From: Antedon mediterranea
Taxonomy: Eukaryota > Animalia > Echinodermata
Direction of reading: 5' to 3'
DNA length: 64,000 nt
Assembly (NCBI RefSeq): GCF_964355755.1
Contig: NC_092672.1
Location: 30,448,437 to 30,512,436 of the forward strand
The translations under genes were made by a program, and so were the position numbers. Positions 62,958 to 64,000 of this stretch are shown piece after piece; positions within the stretch are counted from its first letter, which is position 1, and every line of letters starts with the position of its first letter. Below the pieces are notes generated by a model that worked only from the letters and a program-made list of their open reading frames with translations, was not told the origin of the DNA and searched no databases.

Positions 62958-63715
62958 TAGGCGATACTGCAGTTTCGCACCACACCGTTATATCTTCGAT
63001 TTCTGACCTAAATTTTTCTTTTTCACACTCAATACCTAATATTATGTAACATGTTTATACGATTCGACCACTTACGAAGTAATTTTTTTTAAATAACAAT
63101 ACTTTTCAAAACATTTTAAACAATACTGAACTCGATGTCAACACACTACGAAATGTTCGCCATCTTATATTTATCACTTAATTGCCAGAATGTATGCTTC
63201 ATTTTCCCAAAAAAATGTAGAAACAATAGAGGCCAGTGTTATAGAATCCGATTACACATATATAGGCCTAGGCCTATTTAGATTTGAAAGGCAAGAAATA
63301 TTTTCAGCTGGCGAAAGAGAGGTTTAATTAATATTTCATTATTAATATTAGTATTATTATTCATATTAATAGGTCCTATCAATGTTTTATGTACAGACTC
63401 ATATCGTCGCAGTTTTGATATGTACAGCTAGCTGGTTCTTTATAAAAACCACTCTTTGCAATTTAAAAATAAAAACAGAAAATAAAACATACATTGATTT
63501 CTGGCAATTTTCTGATTCTAAAATGGCCACAGTTCGATCAAGGTATTCGCGGAAATGGAGCTGTTTTGAAAGGCATTTTTTATTGTGATAAAGCTAAATA
63601 TAACGGTGGCTAAATCATGGAAACATGTTACATTTAAATGGCCCAAAATTGTATGATGTGGGTGTGAGAAAAATCGAAGATTTAACAGTGTAGTGCGAAA
63701 CTGCAGTAGCGCCCA
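62958..63715. mobile_element. Non-autonomous TIR element with 4-bp TSD (Academ-like)
   Basis: ACAT|taggcgatactgcagtttcgcaccacaccgtta...taacagtgtagtgcgaaactgcagtagcgccca|ACAT. Confidence 0.7.
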
Positions 63716-63759
63716 ACATTTTTGTGTATTTTTAAATCTTCAAAAAGAGTTCACAATTG

Positions 63760-63873
63760 TCTAGACGTATTATTATAGTGACGTCTATACGTATTATTGA
63801 CGTCTATACGTATTATTATATTGACGTCTATACGTATTATTATAGTGACGTCTATACGTATTATTATAGTGAC
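63760..63873. repeat. 24-bp minisatellite, ~5 copies
   Basis: Unit gacgtctatacgtattattatagt. Confidence 0.9.
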
Positions 63874-64000
63874 TGTAAAGAAGACCCGTGTCACACGTTA
63901 ACGTTTCCAAACAACTTTAATTCAACAATGATCAGATGTTCGAAATCTGCAACAACAATAACAAATTACATAAACACATGCATAAAGCTAGGCCTAGACC

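Overview
This is AT-rich, intron-rich animal genomic DNA, not prokaryotic. It is probably from a marine invertebrate deuterostome such as an echinoderm, inferred from the gene content and Deu-like SINE cores. Three spliced genes could be assembled by hand, all on the + strand. (1) NUP210/gp210: 41 coding exons, 12869-42182, about 1884 aa, all exon phases consistent, with one U12-type minor intron. (2) An SLC7 cationic amino-acid transporter, CAT/SLC7A4-like: 47116-50721, about 611 aa. (3) A divergent caveolin: 53470-54927. Most other short ORFs in the track are intronic or repeat-derived. The rest of the window is dense in non-autonomous mobile DNA: three related PIF/Harbinger-type MITE families, Kolobok-, piggyBac-, Sola2- and Academ-like TIR elements, 5'-truncated LINEs, tRNA-derived and Deu-like SINEs, and mini/satellites, often nested. 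I found no intact transposase, CRISPR array or clearly new multi-gene system. The strongest leads are a minimal hammerhead-ribozyme motif antisense in a NUP210 intron, a fold-back element carrying repeated perfect DR1 nuclear-receptor motifs within a four-layer nested insertion, a decayed duplicate of the NUP210 promoter and exon 1, and the atypical caveolin and transporter sequences. All coordinates were read by eye, and family assignments rest on recalled consensus features, not on searches.
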